From NCBI GenBank assembly GCA_018651725.1, contig JABIDK010000019.1, forward strand, positions 3,894 to 67,893: a stretch of 64,000 nt of DNA, given 5' to 3'. This DNA is from Candidatus Falkowbacteria bacterium. GTDB lineage: Bacteria > Patescibacteriota > Patescibacteriia > JAACEG01. Both the position numbers and the translations under genes were made by a program. Shown here piece after piece: positions 29,390-39,852 of the stretch. The notes under the pieces are model-generated. The model was not told the origin of the DNA. It saw only the letters and a list, made by a program, of their open reading frames with translations, and did no database searches. Numbering within the stretch: the first letter of the stretch is position 1; each line of letters starts with the position of its first letter.

Positions 29390-29752
29390 TTATTCTTCGT
29401 TTTCTATTTCTTCCATTCGCTCCTCTGCTTTTTGGTTTTCCTTACTTGGTCTTCCTTGTATTTTTTCTTTATGTCTACGAAGCACAACTTTCCCATGGTC
29501 TTTTGTTTTATCGATTGCCTTTAAAAGTTTCTTAGCTCCTTTTCTAATTCGTAAAATTTTGCCAGGAACCTTAATATTAGCTTCGCAAAAAAATATCTCT
29601 CCTTTTTGATGATGCTTTGAATCTACTCCAATTTCTACACGCGCCTCTATAATATTATTAAAATATCTGTCCAAACAACTTATTTTTTCATTCACATAAT
29701 CTTTAATCTGAGGGGTTAACTCAATGTTTGTAGCTTTGATGTTGATGTTCAT
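29390..29752 (-). CDS. hpf: Ribosome hibernation-promoting factor (HPF/RaiA/YfiA family), short form
   Basis: MNINIKATNIELTPQIKDYVNEKI...EARVE. The start is trimmed to MNINIK. Confidence 0.75.
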   Translation of the reverse strand: MNINIKATNIELTPQIKDYVNEKISCLDRYFNNIIEARVEIGVDSKHHQKGEIFFCEANIKVPGKILRIRKGAKKLLKAIDKTKDHGKVVLRRHKEKIQGRPSKENQKAEERMEEIENEE

Positions 29753-29762
29753 AAATTTGTTA

Positions 29763-32063
29763 TTAATTAATAATCTCAAAATCATCCCCTCCTTTAAATT
29801 TGCTAAAATCTAAGCTTTTTATCTCATCTAAATCATCTAGTTCGTTCATCATTAAAAATTGATCTGAAAAAGTATATAAAACATCATCAATATAAAGACT
29901 TCTTTTCACAAAATTTTCCTTATTATAAGGAACGCGAGAAATCATTATATCTTCCTCTAAGCTAATTCCAATCTCAGGTATTTTTGGTGTTTGAGGTAAA
30001 ATTAAATTCATATCATCTCCCTCTAAGTGTCTAATTTTCCCCTTTAACTCAAAGCCTTTTTTATTGATATTAAAAACTAATGCTCCTCTAAAATAATCGT
30101 TCCAACTTTTACCTTCTTCCCTGATTGTTGCCGGAATAACAAGTAAATTTTTGTCTTTTGAGAATAAAAATGCTTTATGGTCATTTAAAGCATAGGAACT
30201 ACTACCAGACTCTCCGATCATAAAGGTATCAATTTCTTTAGGGTCACCCATACTGGACACATCAAATAATGACAGCTTCAAGCCCTTGGTTGTAACTCTT
30301 CCAAATTCGTTCTCGTAAGTATCTTTCCCAAGACCAATTAAAGTATCTTTGTCGTAAGGATGTAGATAATTGGAAAAACCAGGGATTTTTAACTCTCCTA
30401 ATACCTTGGGTTTTGTTGGATTTTTTAAGTCTATTACAAAAAGTGGATCTGTCTGCTTAAAGGTTACCATATAGGCTCTATCCTGCATAAATCTGACAGA
30501 GTAAATTCTCTCTCCTTTGGCTAAATCTTCCACTTTTCCAACTACCTTTAAGTTTTTATCTAAAACATATAAATTATTATACGGCTCCATTCTTTCGTCT
30601 TCAAATTGAGACCAAGTTCTGCTTTTTGTGGTGGCAATACGGAAATATCCGTCATTTTCATCCATTGAAAATTGATTTAAAACATGTCCGGTAACCTCTC
30701 CAAATCTCCTATATTCTATCTTTCCTTTATTAATGGCTATTTTATGAATCACTGTTTTTTCCAACTCCTTACTTAAATCTTCATATTTTTCTTTCATTTT
30801 TTGCTCCATTTCTTCCTCAAGTATATCTTGCTCTTTTTCGGACAAAGAATAAATATAACGCTCTATTATTTGCCCAATTTTAGCCATTTTTTCATCTTGA
30901 CTCAAAATAGAGTTATCTACGGCTTCGATCTCAGCGATTCTTTCCTGGTCTTTTACGCTTAACCTTGGGAATAAAAACTCTCTCATTACCTCCATTATCA
31001 AGCGAAATTCACTTATATGTTTAGTATAAGTTATATAAATATTATCTTGCGAAACATACATATTCTGACCATAACCAAGCAAATAAGCTTCACTGTTTAT
31101 TTCCTTTTTATTGTCTTTAACATTTATAGCTGCAATATGAGTAAAGTTATAAGAGCTGTGAGGAATATCGATATAATATACATCCATAATCTTTTTTTCA
31201 TTTATTACCTGCCCACTCTCTAAGATTCTTGGCACCGGCATTTCGTCGGCTAAATAATATGCTCGCTCTGAAGTTATAAAATATACATAATCTCCGATCA
31301 TCCTAGAATTTACCAGATTTCCTTCAAAATTTAAATCCCTTACCTGCTTTGGATTAACTTTATCAGTTATATCAAAAACCTTTAAAAAAGCATAAGCTGA
31401 CCTTCGTTTAAAGTTTTTATAAAAATCTCTTTCGTAAATAGTATTATCGCGTCCATAAACTACTAGCCTATCGTCATTCAAATAAATATCCTGCGGACGA
31501 GAATCAAATTTAATTTTAGACAAAATCTGCGCACCACTAGCCGGATAAGCGTCTATAATAAATAAATCATTACCAGTTAAGGCATAGACATATTTACCAT
31601 CTGTCTTAATAATATCGGCTTCATCTACGCCCTCAACTTGAATGTTTGTGGTAGAAAAATCATCTGACCCTCCACCGGACTCATCACTTGCAATGTTTGA
31701 TTTTTGAGCAATATCACTTAACGACTCAGTTGCATCTAAACTTCTCTCCATCATCATTTCTCCGCCGAAACCCCCATAATATATCCCACCTGATTCGCTA
31801 GTATTATTCTCTAAAAATTCTTTAAGTTCATCGTAGTCTTTAAATTTTTTAATTTTAGATTGCTCAGCAAGTTCATCTTTAATATCATTGCTGATGAAAA
31901 CAATTGGTCTATCAACAGGCCTCCTAACAAGGGGTTGATTACTATCCAGAGTAAGTGCCAAATAAACAAAACTAAAAAGAATAATTGCAAAAGATACGGC
32001 AATTATTCTAATTGATGAGTCATTGAATAAATAAATTTTTTGACCAAAATTTTCCTCAGGCAT
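29763..32063 (-). CDS. Membrane-anchored secreted protein with a COG4880-type C-terminal beta-propeller domain
   Basis: N-terminal TM helix. The VQVEGVDEADIIKTDGKYVYAL motif is characteristic of the 'Beta_propel' family. Confidence 0.5.
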   Translation of the reverse strand: MPEENFGQKIYLFNDSSIRIIAVSFAIILFSFVYLALTLDSNQPLVRRPVDRPIVFISNDIKDELAEQSKIKKFKDYDELKEFLENNTSESGGIYYGGFGGEMMMERSLDATESLSDIAQKSNIASDESGGGSDDFSTTNIQVEGVDEADIIKTDGKYVYALTGNDLFIIDAYPASGAQILSKIKFDSRPQDIYLNDDRLVVYGRDNTIYERDFYKNFKRRSAYAFLKVFDITDKVNPKQVRDLNFEGNLVNSRMIGDYVYFITSERAYYLADEMPVPRILESGQVINEKKIMDVYYIDIPHSSYNFTHIAAINVKDNKKEINSEAYLLGYGQNMYVSQDNIYITYTKHISEFRLIMEVMREFLFPRLSVKDQERIAEIEAVDNSILSQDEKMAKIGQIIERYIYSLSEKEQDILEEEMEQKMKEKYEDLSKELEKTVIHKIAINKGKIEYRRFGEVTGHVLNQFSMDENDGYFRIATTKSRTWSQFEDERMEPYNNLYVLDKNLKVVGKVEDLAKGERIYSVRFMQDRAYMVTFKQTDPLFVIDLKNPTKPKVLGELKIPGFSNYLHPYDKDTLIGLGKDTYENEFGRVTTKGLKLSLFDVSSMGDPKEIDTFMIGESGSSSYALNDHKAFLFSKDKNLLVIPATIREEGKSWNDYFRGALVFNINKKGFELKGKIRHLEGDDMNLILPQTPKIPEIGISLEEDIMISRVPYNKENFVKRSLYIDDVLYTFSDQFLMMNELDDLDEIKSLDFSKFKGGDDFEIIN

Positions 32064-32118
32064 AATTTAAAAAATTAATGATTTATATAATAATTATATC
32101 ATAAATAATAAAATTATG

Positions 32119-33672
32119 CTACAAGTCTAATGCCACCCCACTTCTTCTTTTGTCTCCGGCTCCGTCAAACTTTTTGTCTTGATAGGTTGTTGTGTGAGCT
32201 CCGCCAAAAAACATATTTTTCTCAGAAAATTCTGTAATTTTGTCTTTTCTACTTATTTTTTTTATTTTTTCTATTACTTTTTTGTCAAAACCCGGCTCAA
32301 TGTTAAAACTGTTTCTCTCCCAGTGAATTCTTGGTGAATCTACGGCCTCGCTAACATGCATTTTAAAGTCGATAATATTTGAAATAACTTGCAAAATTGC
32401 GGTTCTAATCCTGTTTGACCCACCAGATCCGAGAACTGCCTCCGGACAATCATTTTTTAAGACCATAGTCGGACTCATCATGGACGAAATTCTGATATTT
32501 TCTTTCCATTTATGAAATCCAAGAGGATTTACGTCTTCCTCGCCCAACATATTGTTCATCATAACACCTGTTCCCGGGATTACATACGAAGATCCCTCAC
32601 CATTGCTAGTTGTCATAGTGGCGGCGTTTCCCTCGGCATCTATTACACTAAGATGCGTGGTACTGCCCCATTTATTAATTTCACTACTTAATATATCTTT
32701 ATACTTTTCCACATGCTTGCTTCCTAAAAATTTTTCTATAACATCTTTATTGTATAAGTTATCATCATAACTGTCTTGTCTGGCTAAATTTGTAATTCTC
32801 ATTACATCAGCCAATATTTTCAAATGTTCAAAGCTACCATGTTTTATTTTGCTAAAATCAATACTTTCCAAAAGCTCAAGTGCAAAAGCAATTAAAGCAC
32901 CTCCTGAACTTGGCGGCGGATTAGTAATAATTTCATTACCTCGATAGTTAATTTTAAGAGGGTCTCTCTCGATTACTTTATAGTTCTCTAGGTCTTCTTT
33001 AGTTAAATAGCCCCCCTTTTCTTTAGAGTCTTTAATTAACTGTGAAGCAATTTCACCTTTATAAAAAGCGTCTGTTCCCTCTCTAGATAAATAATCCAAA
33101 GTATCTGCTAACCCGGTCATTTTACAAAGTTCTTTGGCTTTTATTAAATTTCCGTTGCTTTCAAAAATCGCTTTTGTTTCTTTATCACTAGTCATAATTG
33201 GCCCTAAAAGAGTCAAACAATAGTGTTGAAAGCTATTTAACTCCAATCCTTTTTTAGCGTATTCAATTGCCGGATCAGCCACCACTTCAAAAGGTAATCG
33301 CCCTAATTTTTTATGAACATGAAAAAATCCAGCCACATTTCCCGGCACAGCCATAGACCCTAAGCCAACATGAAACTCTTGGGTCACATCGCCAAAATCA
33401 ATTTCTACCGGATAAAAATCTGGTTTTCCATTTATTTTCTTACTCCCCGGAGTCTGTGTAAAAAAATCAAACAAAGTATTCTGTTTATCTTTTGTATGCG
33501 CCAGCAAAAACCCGCCTCCACCCAAAGATGTAAGCATATACTCAGCCACACACGAAGCCAACCCCGCTCCAATCGCCGCATCAAATGCATTACCGCCTTC
33601 CTCTAAAATTAACCTCCCTGCCTCAGCGGTCTTAATATGCCCGGCCGAAACCACGCCCTTTTTATTTGCCAT
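32119..33672 (-). CDS. ggt: Gamma-glutamyltranspeptidase
   Basis: N-terminal VVSAGHIKTAEAGRLILEEGGNAFDAA. Autocatalytic threonine in GSTTHLSVID, followed by GGxxI. Confidence 0.85.
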   Translation of the reverse strand: MANKKGVVSAGHIKTAEAGRLILEEGGNAFDAAIGAGLASCVAEYMLTSLGGGGFLLAHTKDKQNTLFDFFTQTPGSKKINGKPDFYPVEIDFGDVTQEFHVGLGSMAVPGNVAGFFHVHKKLGRLPFEVVADPAIEYAKKGLELNSFQHYCLTLLGPIMTSDKETKAIFESNGNLIKAKELCKMTGLADTLDYLSREGTDAFYKGEIASQLIKDSKEKGGYLTKEDLENYKVIERDPLKINYRGNEIITNPPPSSGGALIAFALELLESIDFSKIKHGSFEHLKILADVMRITNLARQDSYDDNLYNKDVIEKFLGSKHVEKYKDILSSEINKWGSTTHLSVIDAEGNAATMTTSNGEGSSYVIPGTGVMMNNMLGEEDVNPLGFHKWKENIRISSMMSPTMVLKNDCPEAVLGSGGSNRIRTAILQVISNIIDFKMHVSEAVDSPRIHWERNSFNIEPGFDKKVIEKIKKISRKDKITEFSEKNMFFGGAHTTTYQDKKFDGAGDKRRSGVALDL

Positions 33673-33773
33673 ATATGATCTTAATAATAAATTAATAATT
33701 TTATTCTAACTCTTTAATAGTTAAAAATCAAGCTCCTTGAAGTTATAGTAATAATGACCTACAATAAATTTAT

Positions 33774-35924
33774 ATGAAAGATTTACTTAAAAAATATTTT
33801 GGGTATGATGAGTTTCGGTTGTTGCAGGAGGAGGTTATAAATAATGTCTTAGAAGGAAAAGATAGCTTTGTTTTGATGCCGACCGGGGGTGGGAAGTCGC
33901 TTTGCTATCAGTTGCCGGCTTTAAAATTTGATGGTGTTACCTTGGTTGTTTCGCCGTTAATTGCTTTAATGAAAGATCAAGTTGATTCGTTAAAGTCTTG
34001 CGGAATTGAAGCGGAGTTTATTAATTCTACTCTTTTAGGGACTCAAATTGATGATATTTACTCGCGGGCGTTGCAAAATAAAATAAAAATTCTTTACATT
34101 GCTCCGGAAAGGTTTGCCTTGCCTGGTTTCCAAAATTTTCTAGCAAAATTAAAAATAGATTTAATCGCCATTGATGAGGCGCACTGTATTTCTGAATGGG
34201 GACATGATTTTCGACCTGACTATCGTAATTTGAGTTCTTTGAAAAAACTTTTTCCGGGCATTCCTTTAATTGCCCTGACTGCCACTGCTACTAAAAAAGT
34301 ACGAAATGATATTTTAAATCAATTAAAAATAGAAAGATCGCGAACTTTTATTTCCAGCTTTAACCGAGAGAATTTAAATATCAGTGTAATAGAAAAAAAA
34401 CAGGCCTTTCCAAAACTTATTAATCTACTGCAAAAATATAAAAACGAATCTGTAATAATTTACTGTTTTTCTCGTAAAGAAACCGAAGAAATAGCTGAAA
34501 ATCTGAATTTAAACGGTTTTAAAGCGCGAGCCTATCATGCCGGACTTCCAAAAGATAAAAGAAGGCTGGCTCAAGACCTTTTTATTAAAGATGAGATAAA
34601 TATAATCGTTGCCACAATTGCCTTTGGCATGGGCATAGATAAGCCTGATGTTCGTTTGGTTGTTCATTATACTTATCCGAAAACTTTAGAGGGTTATTAT
34701 CAAGAAATCGGACGCGCCGGTAGGGACGGACTTCCAAGCGAGTGCGTAATGTTTTACACTTATGCTGATACTAGAAAACATGAGTTTTTTATCAATCAAA
34801 CAGAGGATTTAGTGCTCCAAAAACGCGCTGAGGAAAAATTAAGCGAAGTTTTAAACTATGCAGACTTAACAACTTGTCGAAAAAAATATCTGCTTAAATA
34901 TTTTGGTGAAAATCTGGAAGCGGATAATTGTCAATCTTGTGACATTTGCCTTACTGAAAAAGAAATGTTTGATGCCACTGAAATTACACAAAAAATCATC
35001 TCCGCGATTTTAAAAACCTATAATCGCTTTGGCAGAAACTATATCATTGATATTTTACTTGGGAAAAAAATTCAAAAAGTTTTAAGAAACAATCACGATC
35101 AGCTTAGCGTTTTTGGGATAGTTAAAAATTTTGACGAAGACGAGTTAAAACAAGTTATAAACCAACTGATTAATTTGGATTTTTTAATGAAAAGTGAAGG
35201 GCAGTACCCAACTCTTTCTGTGACAAAAAAAGGTATTAAATTTTTGAAAATAGAAGAAAAATTGGAGCTATCAAAACCGCGGGTAAGTATTATAACCGCT
35301 GAAAAACCTAAAAAAGATGATTTAAACTACAACTCCGAATTGTTTGAAGAACTAAGAAAATTAAGAAAAAAATTAGCTGAAGAAAAAAATGTTCCACCTT
35401 TTGTAATTTTTGGTGATACTTCACTTCAAGAAATGTCCTATTATTTTCCTAAAGATGAAAAAGAATTTTCTGAAATTATTGGAGTGGGAGCAAAAAAACT
35501 TGAGCAGTTTTCCGATATTTTTTTAAATGTAATAAATAAATTTAAAAAGAAAAATAGTATCTCTGGAAAAGATCTACCTAAAAAAGCTCCAGAAACAAAG
35601 ATTACGCCAATTAAAGTAAAAACCTCTAAACCAAAATATCATAGTCAAACAAAGATACTTTTAAGCAAAAAAGTTTCTATAGACCGAATTGCTAAAAATC
35701 AAGATTTAAAACCAAGCACAATTATAAACCACATTGAAAAACTAATCGACTCCGGCGCTACTCTTGATTTGGAATATCTAAAACTACCCTCAAATAAATA
35801 CGAGGAAATAAAAAAAGCATTCAAACTCTGTGGAGATGAATACTTAAAACCTGTTTTCGAACATCTAAACAAAAAATATTCCTACGATGAAATTAAACTG
35901 GTAAGAGTTTTAATGAGAAGTTAA
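33774..35924 (+). CDS. recQ: ATP-dependent DNA helicase RecQ, with an RQC zinc module and C-terminal HRDC-like extension
   Basis: FGYDEFRLLQEEVI, Walker A PTGGGKSLCYQ, DEAH (IDEAHCISEWGHDFR), and C...C...C..C zinc binding (CRKK...CQSCDIC). Confidence 0.9.
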   Translation: MKDLLKKYFGYDEFRLLQEEVINNVLEGKDSFVLMPTGGGKSLCYQLPALKFDGVTLVVSPLIALMKDQVDSLKSCGIEAEFINSTLLGTQIDDIYSRALQNKIKILYIAPERFALPGFQNFLAKLKIDLIAIDEAHCISEWGHDFRPDYRNLSSLKKLFPGIPLIALTATATKKVRNDILNQLKIERSRTFISSFNRENLNISVIEKKQAFPKLINLLQKYKNESVIIYCFSRKETEEIAENLNLNGFKARAYHAGLPKDKRRLAQDLFIKDEINIIVATIAFGMGIDKPDVRLVVHYTYPKTLEGYYQEIGRAGRDGLPSECVMFYTYADTRKHEFFINQTEDLVLQKRAEEKLSEVLNYADLTTCRKKYLLKYFGENLEADNCQSCDICLTEKEMFDATEITQKIISAILKTYNRFGRNYIIDILLGKKIQKVLRNNHDQLSVFGIVKNFDEDELKQVINQLINLDFLMKSEGQYPTLSVTKKGIKFLKIEEKLELSKPRVSIITAEKPKKDDLNYNSELFEELRKLRKKLAEEKNVPPFVIFGDTSLQEMSYYFPKDEKEFSEIIGVGAKKLEQFSDIFLNVINKFKKKNSISGKDLPKKAPETKITPIKVKTSKPKYHSQTKILLSKKVSIDRIAKNQDLKPSTIINHIEKLIDSGATLDLEYLKLPSNKYEEIKKAFKLCGDEYLKPVFEHLNKKYSYDEIKLVRVLMRS

Positions 35925-35928
35925 TGTG

Positions 35929-36942
35929 TTAGACTTTATTCATTTTCTTTTTATTCATTTTTTGTTTGGCTACTTTTTGTAAATCTTCGTGTTTGTCAAA
36001 TTCGTCTACTATCTCAGCGCCGATTATTTCTTCCAGTACATCTTCAATAGTTACTAAGCCGGAGACTCCGCCGAATTCGTCCAGAACAATAAAAAGATGG
36101 TGTTTTGTTTTTTTAAATTCATTTAATAAATCATCAAGATTTTTCTTATGATCAACAAAAATTACATCTTTTCTGGATAATTCATTGATTGTTTTATTTT
36201 TTGGAACAATGCCTATTAAATCTTTTACATAAAAAATTCCAATTATTGTGTCTTGATTTTTAGAGTGAACCGGAATCCGAGAGTGCCCTGAATTTAAAAT
36301 TTTTTTAACTGTTTTTGTATCTATTTTTTGATCTTCAGGTAAAGAAAACATAGCTACTCTTGGGGTCATTATATCTCGAACTGTTTTATGTGAAAAAGAC
36401 AACGCACCTTTAAGTATTCTTTCTTCATCTTCATCTATATCGCTATGTCTTGAATCTTCGTGATCTTCGATGAGTTTAACTAGTTCTTTCTTGGAATAAA
36501 CTGTTGACATTTCAGCCCCTAAAATTTTATCAAGCGCCCAAGCTAAAGGCCAAGAAAGCGGGTAAAATATAAAAATTACACCTTTTACCAACCAAATAAG
36601 TTTAGCACCTAATAGTAAGGCATAACGAGAAAAAGCAGCCTGAGGAATAATTTCACCAAAAACAACGATTAACGATGTTGCAATTAACACCGCCATAAAC
36701 CCTGAGGCAATTGAACCTAAAAATATAGAAAGCACGGAATTAACTGCTACATTGCCGATTAAAAGAGTACAAAGAAGTAAATTCCCATTTTTTCTTACAC
36801 TGTAAACTTTTTTAGCTTGCTCGTCTCCAAGTTCTGCTTTACGCTCCAAGTCATCCTTATTTAAACTGAAAAAACCCAAAGTTAAACCAGAAAAAAGCGC
36901 TGAAAAAAATACGAGAAATAATATAATAAAATATTCAATCAT
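35929..36942 (-). CDS. CNNM/DUF21 transmembrane domain plus CBS-pair protein (HlyC/CorC family, lacking the CorC C-terminal domain)
   Basis: 4 N-terminal TM helices followed by two CBS motifs. Confidence 0.65.
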   Translation of the reverse strand: MIEYFIILFLVFFSALFSGLTLGFFSLNKDDLERKAELGDEQAKKVYSVRKNGNLLLCTLLIGNVAVNSVLSIFLGSIASGFMAVLIATSLIVVFGEIIPQAAFSRYALLLGAKLIWLVKGVIFIFYPLSWPLAWALDKILGAEMSTVYSKKELVKLIEDHEDSRHSDIDEDEERILKGALSFSHKTVRDIMTPRVAMFSLPEDQKIDTKTVKKILNSGHSRIPVHSKNQDTIIGIFYVKDLIGIVPKNKTINELSRKDVIFVDHKKNLDDLLNEFKKTKHHLFIVLDEFGGVSGLVTIEDVLEEIIGAEIVDEFDKHEDLQKVAKQKMNKKKMNKV

Positions 36943-37349
36943 AAATTAATTACAAAAAACCCTGTATCTCTTAATTTAAAGCCTAATGACTCGTAAAGTT
37001 TGCGAGCTGGGATTCGCTTTGGATTACTTGTTAAAGTTATTTGTTGTATATTTTTTTCTTTAGCTACTTTGATTAACTCTTGCATAATTTTTCTACCTAA
37101 ACCTTGTCCACGATAATTTTCATAGACAACAACATCTTCAACTACACCTGTTTCTCCTTTTATTGGAGAAACATAAACTCCGAGAGTGGCTGTGCCGATT
37201 ATTTTTTTGTTATCTTCCAAAATAAGACAGTGACAATTATCGCTGCTAATTAAAAAATCAATATCTAAATCAACCTGCTTTTCAGTAAGTTGAGCAAATA
37301 AGCTTTCTACTTCTTTTTTATCTTCTTTTTGGATTTTACGGATTTGCAT
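36939..37349 (-). CDS. GNAT-family N-acetyltransferase
   Basis: Acetyl-CoA binding motif YRGQGLGRKIM. Confidence 0.75.
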   Translation of the reverse strand: MQIRKIQKEDKKEVESLFAQLTEKQVDLDIDFLISSDNCHCLILEDNKKIIGTATLGVYVSPIKGETGVVEDVVVYENYRGQGLGRKIMQELIKVAKEKNIQQITLTSNPKRIPARKLYESLGFKLRDTGFFVINL

Positions 37350-37753
37350 GTTTTCTTTTTATCTTTATCTTTTTTCTCTTTTAAATATTTTTTAACAGCT
37401 TCGTGCAAAGCGTCGGCGGCCAAGTTACTACAGTGCTGTTTAACCGGTGGAAGCCAATCAAGCTCGCTGGTTACATCTTTTTTAGTGATTTTTAAGGCTT
37501 GTTTTAAAGTCTTTCCTTTCGCCATATCAGTCACCATTGAAGAAGTAGCAATAGCTGCGCCACAACCAAGAGTTTCAAACTTTACGTTTTTAATTATCTC
37601 CTCGCCTTTTTTATTTTTTCCAATTTTAAGATAAAGACGCATGATATCCCCACAAACAGGGTTGCCAACCGTTGAAATTGAGTCAGCTTTTTTAAGCGTC
37701 CCTTGATTGTGCGGTTTTCTAAAATGTTCGATAACTTTTTTTGAGTATTTCAT
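37307..37753 (-). CDS. Fe-S cluster scaffold NifU/IscU-like with a lysine-rich C-terminal tail
   Basis: Three conserved Cys (VCGD..., FETLGCGAAIA, HCSNLAADAL). The tail KEKKDKDKKK...KKKIKKK overlaps the GNAT start by 43 nt. Confidence 0.8.
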   Translation of the reverse strand: MKYSKKVIEHFRKPHNQGTLKKADSISTVGNPVCGDIMRLYLKIGKNKKGEEIIKNVKFETLGCGAAIATSSMVTDMAKGKTLKQALKITKKDVTSELDWLPPVKQHCSNLAADALHEAVKKYLKEKKDKDKKKTCKSVKSKKKIKKK

Positions 37754-37754
37754 A

Positions 37755-38942
37755 TTATTTAAATTCTTTTAGAACATCGCCGGAAATTTTTCTTAGGCGA
37801 GTTATTATTTGTTTTAATTTATTTATTGTGTAATCAATTTCTTTTTTTGTTGTTTGTTTCCCAAGCGTTAAACGCAAACTGCCGTGCGATTGTTCTTGTT
37901 TAATACCAAGCGATAATAGCACGTGAGACGCTTGTAAAGAACCTGACGAACAAGCAGAGCCGGTTCCAACGGAAACCCCTTCCATTTGCAGCATCATTAA
38001 TAAACTCTCCCCTTCTACAGAGTCAAATCTGAAATTAGCGTTATTGGGAGACCGTTTAACTTTCGATCCATTCAAATAAGACCCAGGGATTTCCTTTAAA
38101 ATTCTCTTGATCAAATAATCCCTTAATTTTACAATATTTTTGACTTTTGAGCTTTGACTTTTGACTTGTTGTATGGCCTCCCCTAGTCCAACTATTCCGG
38201 GGACATTATGAGTCCCTGATCGCAATCCTTGCTCCTGTCCACCGCCATCCATAATAGAGCTAAGAGGGGTATTTACTTTTTTATACAATATTCCGACTCC
38301 TTTTGGTCCGTAAATTTTATGTGCCGATAAACTTAGCAAATTAACATTTAACTTTTTAACATCACAATCAAAATAATTAATTGCCTGCACGGCATCGGTA
38401 TGGAAATATATATTTTTAGCTTTTTTAACTAGTTTTCCGATTTCTTTTATTGGCTGGACTGTGCCGATTTCATTATTAACATACATTATAGAAATTAAAA
38501 TAGTATTTGATTTTATTGCTTTTTCAACGTCTTTTACTTTTACAACCCCACCACTATTAACCGGCAAATATGTCACTTCAACCATACCTTGTTTTTCTAG
38601 TGTTTTACAGCTATCCAAAACGCAATGATGCTCAAATTGCGTAGTGATAATGTGCGGTTTTTGTTTTAAAGAATGATTTTGTAAATAATATTTTTTTATA
38701 AGTCCTTTAATAGCTAAATTATTACTCTCCGTAGCTCCGGAGGTAAAGATTACCTCTCTTGAATCACAACTCAAAAAATTAGCTACTTGTGTGCGAGCTT
38801 TTTCAACTGCTTCACTCGCTTCCTGACCAAAGCTGTGAATTGTCATTGGATTGCCAAATTTCTCTTTAAAATAAGGCAACATTTTATTTAAAACTTTTTG
38901 ATCAACCGGCGTAGTAGCGGCGTAATCTAAATATATTTTCAT
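37755..38942 (-). CDS. Cysteine desulfurase (NifS/IscS class V aminotransferase)
   Basis: KIYLDYAATTP, the PLP lysine in SLSAHKIYGPKG, and the active-site Cys in GSACSSG. Confidence 0.9.
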   Translation of the reverse strand: MKIYLDYAATTPVDQKVLNKMLPYFKEKFGNPMTIHSFGQEASEAVEKARTQVANFLSCDSREVIFTSGATESNNLAIKGLIKKYYLQNHSLKQKPHIITTQFEHHCVLDSCKTLEKQGMVEVTYLPVNSGGVVKVKDVEKAIKSNTILISIMYVNNEIGTVQPIKEIGKLVKKAKNIYFHTDAVQAINYFDCDVKKLNVNLLSLSAHKIYGPKGVGILYKKVNTPLSSIMDGGGQEQGLRSGTHNVPGIVGLGEAIQQVKSQSSKVKNIVKLRDYLIKRILKEIPGSYLNGSKVKRSPNNANFRFDSVEGESLLMMLQMEGVSVGTGSACSSGSLQASHVLLSLGIKQEQSHGSLRLTLGKQTTKKEIDYTINKLKQIITRLRKISGDVLKEFK

Positions 38943-39025
38943 AGCTTTATAATACTATTTCAAAACAAAAAAAGCAAATAAAAAACTCCTAACAAAATCG
39001 TCAAGAGAATTTTTATTTTCGCCTA

Positions 39026-39484
39026 TTAAACAAAGATGTATGGAGCAAGAAAATTAATTACAGAAGAATAGAAGGAAATAAGTAGCCAAACAGCGCTCGT
39101 GGTTGAAACGTATAGTAAAATTTTCTTTACAAGTGGCATATCGTAAAAGCGTTTTAAATATAAAGAAAAAATATTAAAATGAATATAAACAAAAAATCCA
39201 GCAGTTAATAAAATTGCTATTAACATTACTAAAGTCATGTAAGGATTGCTTACGGCTGAGACAAAATTACTGTAAGGTCGTCCAGCAAAAATTGCAAAAA
39301 CAGTAAAAAGCACAAATCCTTCGGCCAAATGGAAACTAATTAATTTAATAGTATTACCAACTTCTACCTCTTCTATGTCTAATTTTTTAGAAACAAGATT
39401 AACACAAAAAACAGAAACAACTAAAGGAATAAGCAAAAATAAATACAATGCAAAAGATATTAAAATAGATACTAATACGATCAT
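39026..39484 (-). CDS. Integral membrane protein (4 TM), hypothetical
   Basis: Hydrophobic ORF with no recognisable motif. Confidence 0.35.
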   Translation of the reverse strand: MIVLVSILISFALYLFLLIPLVVSVFCVNLVSKKLDIEEVEVGNTIKLISFHLAEGFVLFTVFAIFAGRPYSNFVSAVSNPYMTLVMLIAILLTAGFFVYIHFNIFSLYLKRFYDMPLVKKILLYVSTTSAVWLLISFYSSVINFLAPYIFV

Positions 39485-39560
39485 AAATTTAAAAAATGAA
39501 ATGAGTTATCCACAAGTTGATTATATTATAACATATTTTTTAAAATGAACAAAGAGAGTT

Positions 39561-39656
39561 TTTTTATATTTGTTCGGAGGCAGGGATTTACCCTCTCGCT
39601 TCGCTTCCGGGCATAAACTTCTCATCCCTTTTTATATTTGTTCGGAGGCAGGGATT
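39561..39656. repeat. 28-bp direct repeat tttttatatttgttcggaggcagggatt (39561..39588 and 39629..39656). The second copy comprises the last 16 nt of tRNA-Gln plus 12 nt of trailer.
   Basis: Exact 28/28 match read directly. The copies are spaced 68 bp apart, and the intervening 40 bp is comparatively GC-rich. Confidence 0.75.
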
Positions 39657-39711
39657 CGAACCCCGATAGTCAGGATCAAAACCTGAAGTCCTACCATTAG
39701 ACGACCTCCGA
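39641..39711 (-). tRNA. tRNA-Gln (anticodon UUG)
   Basis: The minus strand reads TCGGAGG-TC-GTCT-AATGGTA-GGAC-T-TCAGG-TTTTGAT-CCTGA-CTAT-CGGGG-TTCGAAT-CCCTG-CCTCCGA-A. The acceptor stem is 7 bp, the anticodon stem 5 bp, and the T-loop is TTCGAAT. Anticodon TTG at positions 34-36, with U33 and A37. CCA is not encoded. Confidence 0.8.
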
Positions 39712-39852
39712 ATATTAGCTTGCTATATAAATACTTACCTGAGTAATTATCTTTGTTGAATATATCATAAATAAAAAAAATTGCAAGAATACCAGTAAAA
39801 AAAATTGCCCCGGTATTTTCTACCAAGGCAATCAATTAACAATAAACTTCTT

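Noticed and set aside
39561-39711. Prophage or integrative element at tRNA-Gln
   Set aside because: Only a 28-bp att-like duplication is present. There is no integrase, excisionase or cargo within reach, so it is reported as a scar, not as a mobile element.
39632-39835. 67-aa ORF overlapping the tRNA-Gln gene
   Set aside because: It is fully explained by the tRNA and its flanking sequence, so is spurious.
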